Part shown: positions 53,822 to 63,966 of the stretch, piece after piece
Layout: each line of letters begins with the position of its first letter
Position numbering within the stretch: the first letter of the stretch is position 1
DNA from: an uncultured Phascolarctobacterium sp.
GTDB taxonomy: Bacteria > Bacillota > Negativicutes > Acidaminococcales > Acidaminococcaceae
Reading direction: 5' to 3'
Assembly (NCBI RefSeq): GCF_900753045.1
Contig: NZ_CAADXO010000012.1
Coordinates: 36,588-100,587 of the forward strand
DNA: 64,000 bases
Notes under the pieces: model-generated
Database searches by the model: none
Told to the model about the DNA's origin: nothing
Seen by the model: the letters and a program-made list of their open reading frames with translations, nothing else
Translations under genes and position numbers: made by a program

Positions 53822-53825
53822 GATT

Positions 53826-56564
53826 ATGGGATTGATTAATCAAGACATAAAGAACCTTGTTAGTGGTGTGTCTCAGCAACCCCCTATCCTCAGACACCCT
53901 GAACAGTTAGAGGAACAGTTGAATGGTTATTCTAGTGAAGCAGGTGGCTTACAAAAGAGACCCCCTAGTATTCTAGTAGCCAACTTAGGGCGTAAAATAA
54001 ATGATTCCGCTAAGCCTTTGGTACACTTTATTGACAGAGATGTGAATGAGAAGTATATTGTCTTGTTCACAGGTAGTGATATTGAGATTTATGATATGCA
54101 AGGTAACAGAAAAACTGTGAACTTTGCTAGTGATACTAAATCTTATATCTATACACAGTCCCCACGTTATAATCTGAAGCCAATCACGATTGCAGATTAT
54201 ACTTTTATCTGCAACACTCTGCAAAAGACAAAGATGGCTGATACTATTGATAATAATAGTTGGGATACCCAAGGTCTCCTTGTCAACATCAAGAGTGGTC
54301 AGTATGGTAGAACTTATCGTATTGATGTAAATGGTACAACTATAGCAAGCCATGAGACACCTGACGGCTCAGATAAAAGCCACACAAAACTGATTACCAC
54401 TGACTATATTGCACAGCAATTAGCAACTAAAGCAAAGGATAGTGGCTTTGTGGTTACCACAGGTTCTTCATGGTTATATCTGAAGAAAACTGCTATTAAA
54501 ACTGTTACAGGTGAGACAGTATATTTACAACCTACCACATCTCCTGTACAACAAGAAGACCGCTTCAAAGGGTTGGCTTTTACAGGACACTTTCATACTT
54601 GGGCAGAATTTCCAACTGTTATATCACGTAATGGTTATGTTATAACAGTTAAGTTTCCTACAGAAGAAAATCTGCGTGCTAATTCAAATGAGAGCTTTGA
54701 TAGTGATTATGCTGCTTACAATAAGATGATGGCAGAGATTACACGATGTCAAAATGACAAATGGGAAGTCTCTAATGAGGTGATAACACAACAGGCTGCA
54801 CACTTAAAGTTAGATAGCACGATGAATGTCTATACACTCACATGGACTGCATCTACCTCTGTTCCTAGTAATACAAAAGTTTATTCTCTGATTGATTCTG
54901 CTACTGTCTATGATGGTTATAATAACCAAGCTGCTTTTGGTATTCTAAAGTCTGTTCAAAAATTCTCTAATTTACCTGTCAATGCTCCTGATGGTTTCAC
55001 TGTTAAAATCAATGGTGAAGAAGGTAGCAGTACAGATGATTATTATGTCTCCTATGTGGCAGCAGACCAAGTATGGCGTGAATGTGCAAGACCCTCAATG
55101 AAAAATCATATTGATAATACTACTATGCCCCATGTGCTAGTGCGTGAAGCAGATGGTACTTTCACTTTCAAATGTGCGGATTGGTCTGTGCGTGATGTAG
55201 GTGATGAAGACAGCAACCCTGAACCTTCCTTTATTGGCGAGACAATTAATGATGTCTTCTATCACAGAAACCGCTTAGGCTTTCTTAGTGGTGAGAATAT
55301 TATCCTCACTCGCTCTGCTGACTTCTTTAACTTTTGGATGACTAGTGCAACCAAGGTGCAGGATACAGACCCTATCGACTTAGCGGTCTCTGACAATACT
55401 ATTAGTACCCTCTATAATGCTGTCACGTTTGATACTGACCTTATCTTATTCAGTCAAGAAGCACAATTTATGCTCTCTGCCGATGGTGTCTTGACACCTA
55501 CAAGTGCTAACCTGTCCCCGGCAGTTACCCACTACGAAGCTAGTCTTAAAGCTAAGCCTGTCAATGCAGGACGCAATGTTTACTTTGTAGCTGAAAGAGC
55601 TAAGTATACTACTGTGCGTGAGTTCTTCACCGCAGCAGACAACACAGATGCTAAGGATGTTCAAGACATAACATCCCACGTTCCTAACTACATTCCTAAT
55701 GGTGTCTATAAAATCATACCTTCTACTGTTGAGAATGTCATGCTTTATCTTACTGAAGGTGATGAGACCTCAATGTATGTCTATAAGTACCTCTTTATCG
55801 ACAGCCAGCGTGTACAGGCTGCATGGTCTAAGTGGGATATGCAGGGTGTTGTCTATGGAGGGCAATTTATTGACAACTATCTCTATCTGATAGTTGAGCG
55901 TAATGGTTACTACTGTTTGGAGAAGGTTTCCTTTACCATTAATACTACTGACTTTGATAGTGAAGCCTATCGTATCTTGTTGGACTGTAAACACTCCTAT
56001 CAGATTCCTGCTGATTGCTATGATTCTCTAAAGGATGAAACTACAGTAAATGTACGTGACATCTTTGGAGATATATATGAGCAGGACAGACAATATAGTG
56101 CTGTTACTTCTGATGGTACGTATGCTAAGGCTAAAGAAGGTAAGCTGGTATTTATAGGTGATTATTCTAACCAAGTGTTAACTGTAGGTATCAACTATAA
56201 CTTTAAGATTGTTATGTCAACTATTATGGTTAAGCAATCTGATAATGGTAATACTCAGGCTCTTATTGAGGGCAGATTACAGCTTCGTCAGATGTGGTTT
56301 AACTATGCTGATAGTGGCTACTTTAAAGTAACTGTAGATATTAAAGACAAACAAGCCTATGTCTATGAGCATACCTCTAGGCTCTTAGGTACTCGTTTTA
56401 ATATCTTAGGTGCAATGCCTTTTACCACAGGTTCTTTTAAGTTCCCTATCCAAGCCAAAAATGAAAACGTAAACATTTGTTTGGAAACAGACACCCCACT
56501 TCCTGTATCTCTTGTAGGTGCAGGTTGGATTGGTAACTATCAAAGGAGGACGAGACTATTTTAA
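53826..56564 (+). CDS. Tail tubular protein B, T7 gp12 family
   Basis: MGLINQDIKNLVSGVSQQPPILRHPEQ...GLQKRPP against T7 MALISQSIKNLKGGISQQPDILRYPDQ...GLQKRPP. Internal INDVFYHRNRLGFLSGENIILTRSADFFNF against INDVFFFRNRLGFLSGENIILSRTAKYFNF. 912 aa. Confidence 0.92.
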   Translation: MGLINQDIKNLVSGVSQQPPILRHPEQLEEQLNGYSSEAGGLQKRPPSILVANLGRKINDSAKPLVHFIDRDVNEKYIVLFTGSDIEIYDMQGNRKTVNFASDTKSYIYTQSPRYNLKPITIADYTFICNTLQKTKMADTIDNNSWDTQGLLVNIKSGQYGRTYRIDVNGTTIASHETPDGSDKSHTKLITTDYIAQQLATKAKDSGFVVTTGSSWLYLKKTAIKTVTGETVYLQPTTSPVQQEDRFKGLAFTGHFHTWAEFPTVISRNGYVITVKFPTEENLRANSNESFDSDYAAYNKMMAEITRCQNDKWEVSNEVITQQAAHLKLDSTMNVYTLTWTASTSVPSNTKVYSLIDSATVYDGYNNQAAFGILKSVQKFSNLPVNAPDGFTVKINGEEGSSTDDYYVSYVAADQVWRECARPSMKNHIDNTTMPHVLVREADGTFTFKCADWSVRDVGDEDSNPEPSFIGETINDVFYHRNRLGFLSGENIILTRSADFFNFWMTSATKVQDTDPIDLAVSDNTISTLYNAVTFDTDLILFSQEAQFMLSADGVLTPTSANLSPAVTHYEASLKAKPVNAGRNVYFVAERAKYTTVREFFTAADNTDAKDVQDITSHVPNYIPNGVYKIIPSTVENVMLYLTEGDETSMYVYKYLFIDSQRVQAAWSKWDMQGVVYGGQFIDNYLYLIVERNGYYCLEKVSFTINTTDFDSEAYRILLDCKHSYQIPADCYDSLKDETTVNVRDIFGDIYEQDRQYSAVTSDGTYAKAKEGKLVFIGDYSNQVLTVGINYNFKIVMSTIMVKQSDNGNTQALIEGRLQLRQMWFNYADSGYFKVTVDIKDKQAYVYEHTSRLLGTRFNILGAMPFTTGSFKFPIQAKNENVNICLETDTPLPVSLVGAGWIGNYQRRTRLF

Positions 56565-56611
56565 AAGTATCTAAATTAAACATTGCACAGCTCTGTGACT
56601 TTAGAGAAAAC

Positions 56612-56986
56612 ATGAGAGAGGAAGACAGACTAGAGTGGTATTATGCTTCAGGCTGCTCTTTTGGTCTCACACCTGTTTTAGAGTTGAAGGATGCTTTGTG
56701 TCTTTATGATGATGAGACACACAAGGTCTATGCCGTTGGTGGTATTGAAGCTGACTTAATATGGGTTGTCTGCACTACAGAAGTAGACAAGCACCCTATC
56801 AAGTTCCTGCGCTTCTGTAAACCCTTTTTCAAGAAGTGGGTACAATGGCATGTCAGCAATTATGTATGGATGAAGAATATCAAACATATCAGATGGCTCA
56901 CATGGTTAGGTGCTAAATTCTACAAATACAAAGAAATCAATGGAGAGCCATTTCAGAAATTTAGTTTATATCCGGCAAAGGAGTGA
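56612..56986 (+). CDS. Hypothetical protein at the T7 gene-13 position
   Basis: 124 aa, Trp/Tyr-rich; assigned by position only. Confidence 0.4.
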   Translation: MREEDRLEWYYASGCSFGLTPVLELKDALCLYDDETHKVYAVGGIEADLIWVVCTTEVDKHPIKFLRFCKPFFKKWVQWHVSNYVWMKNIKHIRWLTWLGAKFYKYKEINGEPFQKFSLYPAKE

Positions 56987-56992
56987 TGTCTT

Positions 56993-57637
56993 ATGTGCAG
57001 TCCTATGGTGGCTGCTGGTATCAGTACAGGCTTGAAAGTAGCAGGTGACTACATGGGACAACGTGCGCAAGCTAAGGCAGCACAGGCTACCATGAACGCA
57101 CAGGCTAAGGCAGCTATTACTGAAATGAATTGGAATATCATGGATTTAGAACAGCAGCGCACAGATGCCTTTGACCAAGCTGTTGTGGAGATTAGCAACA
57201 CTAGGTTGAACTCTATGCAACTCAATAGTGGCGTAAAGGCTGCTGTGAATGAGACCATGAGCGGACGTACAGCTAACCTCATTGTACGTGCTGCCGAAGG
57301 TGATACCGCTCGTGCTGTGTCCTCTATCCAAGATAACTATAAACGTAAATCTAATGAGGTTGACCTGAATCGTGAGCGTCAGGTAAAATCTACTCACGAA
57401 TATTTAGAGAACCTTAATGCTTCTGCTCCTAAGATGCCTAGTAGATTCACTAACTTATTGTCTTCTGCTGCAACAGGCTTGAATAATTATACGCAAGCTA
57501 AGAATATTATGAATCAGCAGAAGATTACAGGTGGTGCTGGAAAAGCAGCAAAAAATGCTACTAAGACATGGGTGGGCAACGCTCCACGTAGCGTCCATGA
57601 GAAGCTAGGTATTGGTAATGGTATTTACAGGAGGTAA
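56993..57637 (+). CDS. Internal virion protein B, T7 gp14 family
   Basis: N-terminus MCSPMVAAGISTGLKVAGDYMGQRAQAKAAQATMNAQ against T7 gp14 MCWAAAIPIAISGAQAISGQNAQAKMIAAQTAAG. Size and position fit. Confidence 0.7.
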   Translation: MCSPMVAAGISTGLKVAGDYMGQRAQAKAAQATMNAQAKAAITEMNWNIMDLEQQRTDAFDQAVVEISNTRLNSMQLNSGVKAAVNETMSGRTANLIVRAAEGDTARAVSSIQDNYKRKSNEVDLNRERQVKSTHEYLENLNASAPKMPSRFTNLLSSAATGLNNYTQAKNIMNQQKITGGAGKAAKNATKTWVGNAPRSVHEKLGIGNGIYRR

Positions 57638-57642
57638 GAAGA

Positions 57643-59736
57643 TTGAGTAAAGAAGTACAGGCAGCGGTAGGTACTCAACGGCAGTTTGCAAAGCAACCGG
57701 AGATGCCCTATGCGCTGTCCTTAAATAAATTCAATGCATCTACAGGTATCTCACAACGTACAGATTTAGATGCACAGCGCTTAGCATCATCTTTAGGTCT
57801 CCTTGGTAAGAATATCATGGAGGAGCGTATTGCTGATGAGAAGCGTACCCAAGACCAAGCAGTCTTGGTCAATGCAGACAAACTCCTTGCAGGTAAGACA
57901 CAAGAAGACCTGAAGAAGTTTGACCGCATGGCAGCTTTACAGAACTCTAGTGCTGATTTTGACTTGACAGATAACCGCTATGCTATGGCTGTTCTTGAAA
58001 AAGGCATTGGTAAAATGGCAAGCCAATATGCTAAAGAGCAATGGGCAAATGACCCTGCTTCTGAAAAGCCTAAGAGTGTATCTGAAGCTGTTAGTCTTTT
58101 CAATAAATATTTGCAGGAGAACAGAGCTAACTTCAGTGATGATGGTATCTCTAATAAGGTAGCATTTGACCAAGGCTATTATGAGGGTGCTGTTCAAGAC
58201 ACAATAAAAATAGCTAATGAAGCTGACAAGAGAATCAATGATGATAAGCGTCAGAAGATGGTCATGTTAGGTTCTAGTGAGTTTCAAGACCTTGTGTATA
58301 GTGGAGCTAAGGGTGAAGACTTCCTCACTCGTGGCAATGAAGCGTTGCGTAAAGTTCAGTTAGGTGCTAGAGATAGAGATGGTTTCATTAAAGCTGTTGC
58401 TCCTCTTGCTCAGATGATTGCTGACCAAGATTTTGATACGGCAAGATTGGATGCCTTAGGTGACTATCAGTACGAAGATGGTTTGTCTTTAAAGCAGATG
58501 GTTAACCTCTACCCCTCCTATACCAAGATTGCAGATAACTTCAATCTGAGAGTTACCGATGATATTGTGTCTAAATGCACACGTCCTGATGGCACTGTTG
58601 ACCTCTCAAAAGCTGAAGCATTGTTGTCTCAGTTACCTGCGGAAACTACAAATGCTGATGGTATTCCTGAAGCTAACCTGCCTATCTCGCAGGGAGACAA
58701 CCCCGACTTAGCAGACCTGTCACCCACTATGAAAAGTGTGTTACCTATGGTTGGTGGTGCTATCTATCAGTTAGGTTTTAAGGATGCACAGATTACCAGC
58801 GGTTATCGTACAGCAGAGCACAATGCGTCTGTGGGTGGTGTACCAAACTCAGAACATACCCAAGGCAATGCTGTGGATATTTATTTAGGTGACAATGTGG
58901 ACGAAGCACAGGCAAATAAAGCATTGGCTTATTTTAAGCAATACTTTGGTGAGGTCTTGTTCCATGATGCTGGCACAGGCAGACATTTGCATCTTGCTGA
59001 TTACCATGGTGGTATGAAAGCTGCTAATCCTAAAGAGCAGTCTGCTGCTGCCTATAATCCCCAACGTGTCAATAAGATACGCCAAGCTATCTATGCCAAA
59101 CAGGCACAGGCTCAGCGTGTTAAGGCTCAACGTGATGCTGAGGAAAGAGACAGAATCAATATGGCTCTTTTGCAGACCAATGACCCCAACGAGCAATTAC
59201 AGATTATTAATAGCTCTAACTTGCCAGCAGCAACTAAAGCTACTATGGCTCGTACTATTACACGCCAAGCACGTCAGTCCGCTAAAGGCTATGGTAATGA
59301 TGCAGAAGCTAAACATTTTTGGTCATATGAAAATAGCTATCAATATATTAAAGACACACAGACATATGCCGAATGGTACAAAGCTTATCAAGACCCTGAT
59401 GTTGATGGAGATTCTGATGAGTATAAGGCTTTGCAAAAGAGAGCTAATAGAGCCACAGCAAGACTTAATGACTTGCTAGAGTTCAAAAAGAAACGTGGGT
59501 ATATTCCTAGTGAGCAGGCTAAGACAACACAGTCTAATGAACCTCCTGATGATACCCCTGTGTTCTCTCAAAAAGACAAGGATATTGCTGAGATGAAGAT
59601 ATGGGCAAACAGTAACCCTAAAAATTCTGCTGGCGTACCTTTGGATGAAGACCAAATACGTGATGCTATTGATAAGTTTGCTATACGTAATGGTCTTGAT
59701 GTGAATGATATTGAGGAGGAGGTCTTTGGTTCATAA
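57643..59736 (+). CDS. Internal virion protein C (gp15-like) carrying a peptidase-M15 (LAS metallopeptidase) domain
   Basis: Position and size match gp15, with a moderate match at the MSK N-terminus. The region at about 58780-59015 encodes ITSGYRTAEHNASVGGVPNSEHTQGNAVDIY...HLHLADYHGG. That is the SxHxxGxAxD...H zinc-site signature of M15/VanY-like peptidoglycan peptidases. Confidence 0.72.
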   Translation: MSKEVQAAVGTQRQFAKQPEMPYALSLNKFNASTGISQRTDLDAQRLASSLGLLGKNIMEERIADEKRTQDQAVLVNADKLLAGKTQEDLKKFDRMAALQNSSADFDLTDNRYAMAVLEKGIGKMASQYAKEQWANDPASEKPKSVSEAVSLFNKYLQENRANFSDDGISNKVAFDQGYYEGAVQDTIKIANEADKRINDDKRQKMVMLGSSEFQDLVYSGAKGEDFLTRGNEALRKVQLGARDRDGFIKAVAPLAQMIADQDFDTARLDALGDYQYEDGLSLKQMVNLYPSYTKIADNFNLRVTDDIVSKCTRPDGTVDLSKAEALLSQLPAETTNADGIPEANLPISQGDNPDLADLSPTMKSVLPMVGGAIYQLGFKDAQITSGYRTAEHNASVGGVPNSEHTQGNAVDIYLGDNVDEAQANKALAYFKQYFGEVLFHDAGTGRHLHLADYHGGMKAANPKEQSAAAYNPQRVNKIRQAIYAKQAQAQRVKAQRDAEERDRINMALLQTNDPNEQLQIINSSNLPAATKATMARTITRQARQSAKGYGNDAEAKHFWSYENSYQYIKDTQTYAEWYKAYQDPDVDGDSDEYKALQKRANRATARLNDLLEFKKKRGYIPSEQAKTTQSNEPPDDTPVFSQKDKDIAEMKIWANSNPKNSAGVPLDEDQIRDAIDKFAIRNGLDVNDIEEEVFGS

Positions 59737-62700
59737 TGAGTATTATCGAGGATTTAAATAAACTTGGTGATGAATCATATGGTGATTTACAAGCCAAGGG
59801 CGAAGCACAGCTCCAAAAGATACAACATCAAGGCTATAACCCTTTTGATGATTTTGCCGGTGCTGTTACCGAATGGATTGCAGACATAAATAAATCAGGA
59901 CAAAAACTTACTGAGAAAGCAAGTGAAGCTTACCAAGCAGGTGTCTTGCCTGATTCTATAGATGATATGGCATTACCTCAACAGGATATGTCTCCTGCCC
60001 AAGAAAAGGTTGCCCAAGCTTTGCAGGATGCTGTGGATGATGCTCGCTATACTGCCACTAAAGACCCTCTTACTCTCGTAGGTGATGTAGCTGGTGCTGT
60101 TAGTCCTTGGATTCCCTTAGCTGTTCAAGTACCTATCATGGTACATGAGATGCAGAAGGCACAAGAGATTGAAAACGCCCCTGAGATGTCTGACCAAGCC
60201 AAAGCATCCCTGCTCCCTATGTTGGCAGGTACTGTGGCAGCTTCTGTGACACATGGCGTGGGGGGGCTTTTATCTAAGGCTGCCCCCACAGTCTCTAAGG
60301 TTATGACTACACCTTTTGTGGGTAGTGGTATCGCAGCAGGTACAGTTCTTGCTATGGATGAAAATGTCCGTAAGTATGCAGAAGAACATCCTGCTCGTTT
60401 TGCTGTCAGTCAGTTTCTGACAGATACTGCTATTAGTGCTAAAAAGCTTGCCAAAGCAGATTGGTCTGCTAAGACAACCCCTATCACGGATGCAGAGATT
60501 GTGTCTGAAAAGACAAATCCTGCTACTGAGGTTATGGCTGATAAGACTAAGGTTGAGGAGACAAACAAAAAGTTAGGTTCTCCTACTAAAGAGAAGAATA
60601 AAAGAAAGTGTAAGCATCGTAAGCAACATCGTGAGAATGTATGGGATGTTGACAATGACTATGAGGAGATGGTTACACCTGCTCAGGTTACTAAGCGTGA
60701 ACCCAAGACAACCGCTGAAAAAGCTTATCCTGAACAGATGCCTGAACAGCAAATGCAACAGGATGCTATTGCTAATCAGTTAGCTAAAGACCGCATCGAA
60801 GCCAGTCAGACACCTGAAATTATGCAGGGTGCTCATGGTGATAAGCTTGAATATAGCAAAGATAATCTTTATCCTCATCCTGTGAGTGCAGAAGATATTT
60901 GGGAAACTGCAAAAGCTATGTTCCCTATTCGCCCCGGTAGGCTGGATTTAGCTGATAGTGATAGAACCTTAGGCTACTTTATGCCCCATGGTAAAGGTAT
61001 TCGTATCCGTGGTTTCCGTGCATGGTCTGTAATCTGTCACGAAATCGGACATGGTTTGTCTGATAAATTTGGTTGGGGTAAAGATACAGCAATTCAAAAA
61101 GAACTTTATGATGGTGCAACTTCCATATGGCAACATGGTGAGTATGGCAATAGATATGCCCCGGAAAACTATGCTACCTATGTAGAAGAAGGACGTGCTG
61201 CCTTTATGAATGAGTATTGTGTTAACCCTGAGATGGCTAAGAAGCACTTCCCTCTTGCCTATGCTGAGTTTGAAAAGGCTATTACAAGTGATAGATTCTA
61301 TCAGGCACAAATGAACCTTTTAGGTCAACAGGTACGCCGATGGGGTTCTCAGTCTGCCTTCAGCAAAGCTGCTGGTATGTTCCATTGGGCAGACAAAGAG
61401 CTTGGCAAAAGAATTGATAAACTCATTGGTACTTGGACTGCTACTAAAAAGCATTTTGCTTGGGAGTATGCTGACCTTGACGAAAGCATAAGAGCCTATG
61501 AGGATAATCAAGGTGTAAAGATAGCTATGGAGAATGACCCTGCTGTCTTAGCACAGTATGCAAAGCAAGCAGGTAATGATACTGTTGGTTGTCTTCTGAA
61601 TGGTAATAATCTAGGCACTAGAGCTGCTATTAAGATGTTGCAAACAAAATTCAATGTCGCTCTTAATAATGTTGTTGCTAGTGATATTATAGTACCCCTA
61701 AGACCACTAGGTAAGCGTGGTGCTGAACTCCAAAAGTGGCTTGCAGAGACAGAATATAAGGATATGTATGAAGCCTTTAATACTTACCAAACAGCTAAGC
61801 ATGAATTAGAAGTTATGTCAACAGGACGTAAGACAACACATACTCTTGAAGAATGTAATAAAATCATTGCTAAAGCAGAAGAACTGCCTGAAATGAAAGT
61901 GGCTTCTAACCTTTGGAAACAATGGAATGAGAATGTGTTGCGTATTGCTGTTGCTGGTCAGATTATCCCTGCAAAGGTTGCTAATACCTTTTTGAAAAAA
62001 TACCCTGAATATATCCCTATGTCTCGTTCATTTGAGATTGAGGGTACAAGTGACTTCTTTGCATCCCATAAAGCTATGACTGTTGAGGGTTCTGAGCGTA
62101 TCATCAAAGACCCTATGGTACAGGCTATGAAGAATATGCAGAGTATTGTCACTAAGGTAGAGCGCAACCGTGTTGGTCTTGCTCTTGCTGATTTAGCTAA
62201 GGGTGAAAATGGACATTTTCTTATGATGCCTGTAAAAGATGGTAAATACAAGCACGCTTCACAAATTATTACTGTCTATGAAGATGGGCATCCTAAATAC
62301 TACCAATGTATGATGAAAGGTCTCTATGAAGCTATGACTTCCGAAGATGGCAATATAAGTGCTTCTAAACTTGACATTATTGAGAAAATCTCTCATGGTG
62401 CAGCAACAGCTTTACGTATTGGTGCTACTAGCACACCTATGTTTGCTACTGCTAACCTCTGCAAAGATATTCTTGAAGCAACTATTATGAACGCTGATGG
62501 GCGTAGTGCTTCTCACATTCCCCTTGTTGCTCCTATGAAAATCTTTTGGCAGGGATTGCAGATGCTCAATAGTGACAATGCTTTTGGTAAACTTATCATC
62601 CGCAACAACAGAGAACGTGCTCTGCTTAGACAATACAAAAGAGAATTTAGGTCTAATGGTGTCACTATGTCCACACGCTTAGGCTCTATTGCTGAAATTA

Positions 62701-63917
62701 ATAAAGACTTTAGGAAAATTGTAGACCCTAACATTAGTGATTCTGCCCTTGATAAAATCTTATATCCTATCAAAGTATTATGGAATTGGAATGTAGCATA
62801 TGGTGAAGCTATGGAACAGTTACCACGTATGGCTCTTTATCGACGTGCTAAAGGACGTGGTGCTTCTATGATTGAAGCTGCTATGGTTGCTTCTGACAGT
62901 ACCCTTAATTTTGCGAAGAGTGGTACTACTGTTAAAATTCTTAACATGCATACACCTTTTTTAAATGCTGCTTTTCAAGGTACTTTAAAGACAGCTAGAG
63001 AGCTTTCTAAAAATCCTCTCAGTGTTGGTCTTGCATTGGCAGAACATCTACTATTGCCAACCCTTGTGCTTTGGTATTGGAATAAGGATGAAGATTGGTA
63101 TAAAGATATGCCTATGGAAATGAAAAATAAAGCATGGTATATAAAAATAGGAGACCATATTTATGACTATCCTAAACCAGCCTTTATCGGACAGCTTGCT
63201 GGCTCAATACCTGAAAGATTATTAGATGTTATGTCTGAGGGTGAAGATAAGCAGGTTATTGCTGATGCTGTCTATAAGCTTATCAAAGAGCTTGCTCCGT
63301 CAGGCGCACCCCCTATCATCGAAAAATTCTATGAGTGGCAGACAAATCATTCTATGTACCGAAACCGCCCTCTTGTTGACCAGCGTCTTGAAAAGCTCAG
63401 TCCTAAGAACCAATATAATCAGTACACCTCTATGTTAGCACGTGGTATTGGACAGGTAACTAATCTGTCACCTATTAAGATAGACAATACAATCTATGGT
63501 CTCACAGGCTCTATGGGTTATGCTTTTATGAATGTTGTGGATATGGTAGCTAGGGATAATATCACCCCCAGCAAGAAATGGACTGAATATACTCGCTTTA
63601 CTTATACTGAGGGTACAGGTACTTCCCGTAGCAAGGATGTATTCTTTGGTGGTCTTGATAAGTTAGAGACACAATATGCAGATGCTTCTTTTGAGGGCAG
63701 GAAGCCTAAGGTGGGCAAAGAACTCAAAGGTATGCGTAAAGCTAGGGCAGATGCTATGAAAGTTTCTAAGGCTATCAGGGAACTGTATGCAGACAAAACT
63801 ATGGATGCAGACACTAAGCGTACTAAACTTGATGAGCTGAATAAGAAGCAGAATAGTATTTTCAGAACTGCTAACAAGAAATACCTCAATTATAAATATA
63901 TACAAGCACCTAAATAA
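59736..63917 (+). CDS. Internal virion protein D (gp16-like, 1393 aa)
   Basis: Giant protein at the gene-16 position; its ATG overlaps the gp15 stop. I did not recognise an SLT/lytic-transglycosylase motif. An HExxH motif (WSVICHEIGHGLSD) lies at about 61038-61052. Confidence 0.7.
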   Translation: MSIIEDLNKLGDESYGDLQAKGEAQLQKIQHQGYNPFDDFAGAVTEWIADINKSGQKLTEKASEAYQAGVLPDSIDDMALPQQDMSPAQEKVAQALQDAVDDARYTATKDPLTLVGDVAGAVSPWIPLAVQVPIMVHEMQKAQEIENAPEMSDQAKASLLPMLAGTVAASVTHGVGGLLSKAAPTVSKVMTTPFVGSGIAAGTVLAMDENVRKYAEEHPARFAVSQFLTDTAISAKKLAKADWSAKTTPITDAEIVSEKTNPATEVMADKTKVEETNKKLGSPTKEKNKRKCKHRKQHRENVWDVDNDYEEMVTPAQVTKREPKTTAEKAYPEQMPEQQMQQDAIANQLAKDRIEASQTPEIMQGAHGDKLEYSKDNLYPHPVSAEDIWETAKAMFPIRPGRLDLADSDRTLGYFMPHGKGIRIRGFRAWSVICHEIGHGLSDKFGWGKDTAIQKELYDGATSIWQHGEYGNRYAPENYATYVEEGRAAFMNEYCVNPEMAKKHFPLAYAEFEKAITSDRFYQAQMNLLGQQVRRWGSQSAFSKAAGMFHWADKELGKRIDKLIGTWTATKKHFAWEYADLDESIRAYEDNQGVKIAMENDPAVLAQYAKQAGNDTVGCLLNGNNLGTRAAIKMLQTKFNVALNNVVASDIIVPLRPLGKRGAELQKWLAETEYKDMYEAFNTYQTAKHELEVMSTGRKTTHTLEECNKIIAKAEELPEMKVASNLWKQWNENVLRIAVAGQIIPAKVANTFLKKYPEYIPMSRSFEIEGTSDFFASHKAMTVEGSERIIKDPMVQAMKNMQSIVTKVERNRVGLALADLAKGENGHFLMMPVKDGKYKHASQIITVYEDGHPKYYQCMMKGLYEAMTSEDGNISASKLDIIEKISHGAATALRIGATSTPMFATANLCKDILEATIMNADGRSASHIPLVAPMKIFWQGLQMLNSDNAFGKLIIRNNRERALLRQYKREFRSNGVTMSTRLGSIAEINKDFRKIVDPNISDSALDKILYPIKVLWNWNVAYGEAMEQLPRMALYRRAKGRGASMIEAAMVASDSTLNFAKSGTTVKILNMHTPFLNAAFQGTLKTARELSKNPLSVGLALAEHLLLPTLVLWYWNKDEDWYKDMPMEMKNKAWYIKIGDHIYDYPKPAFIGQLAGSIPERLLDVMSEGEDKQVIADAVYKLIKELAPSGAPPIIEKFYEWQTNHSMYRNRPLVDQRLEKLSPKNQYNQYTSMLARGIGQVTNLSPIKIDNTIYGLTGSMGYAFMNVVDMVARDNITPSKKWTEYTRFTYTEGTGTSRSKDVFFGGLDKLETQYADASFEGRKPKVGKELKGMRKARADAMKVSKAIRELYADKTMDADTKRTKLDELNKKQNSIFRTANKKYLNYKYIQAPK

Positions 63918-63966
63918 ATGTTATAATTTAGGTGAATTTACACAAAGATAAGGGAGGACATTTATT

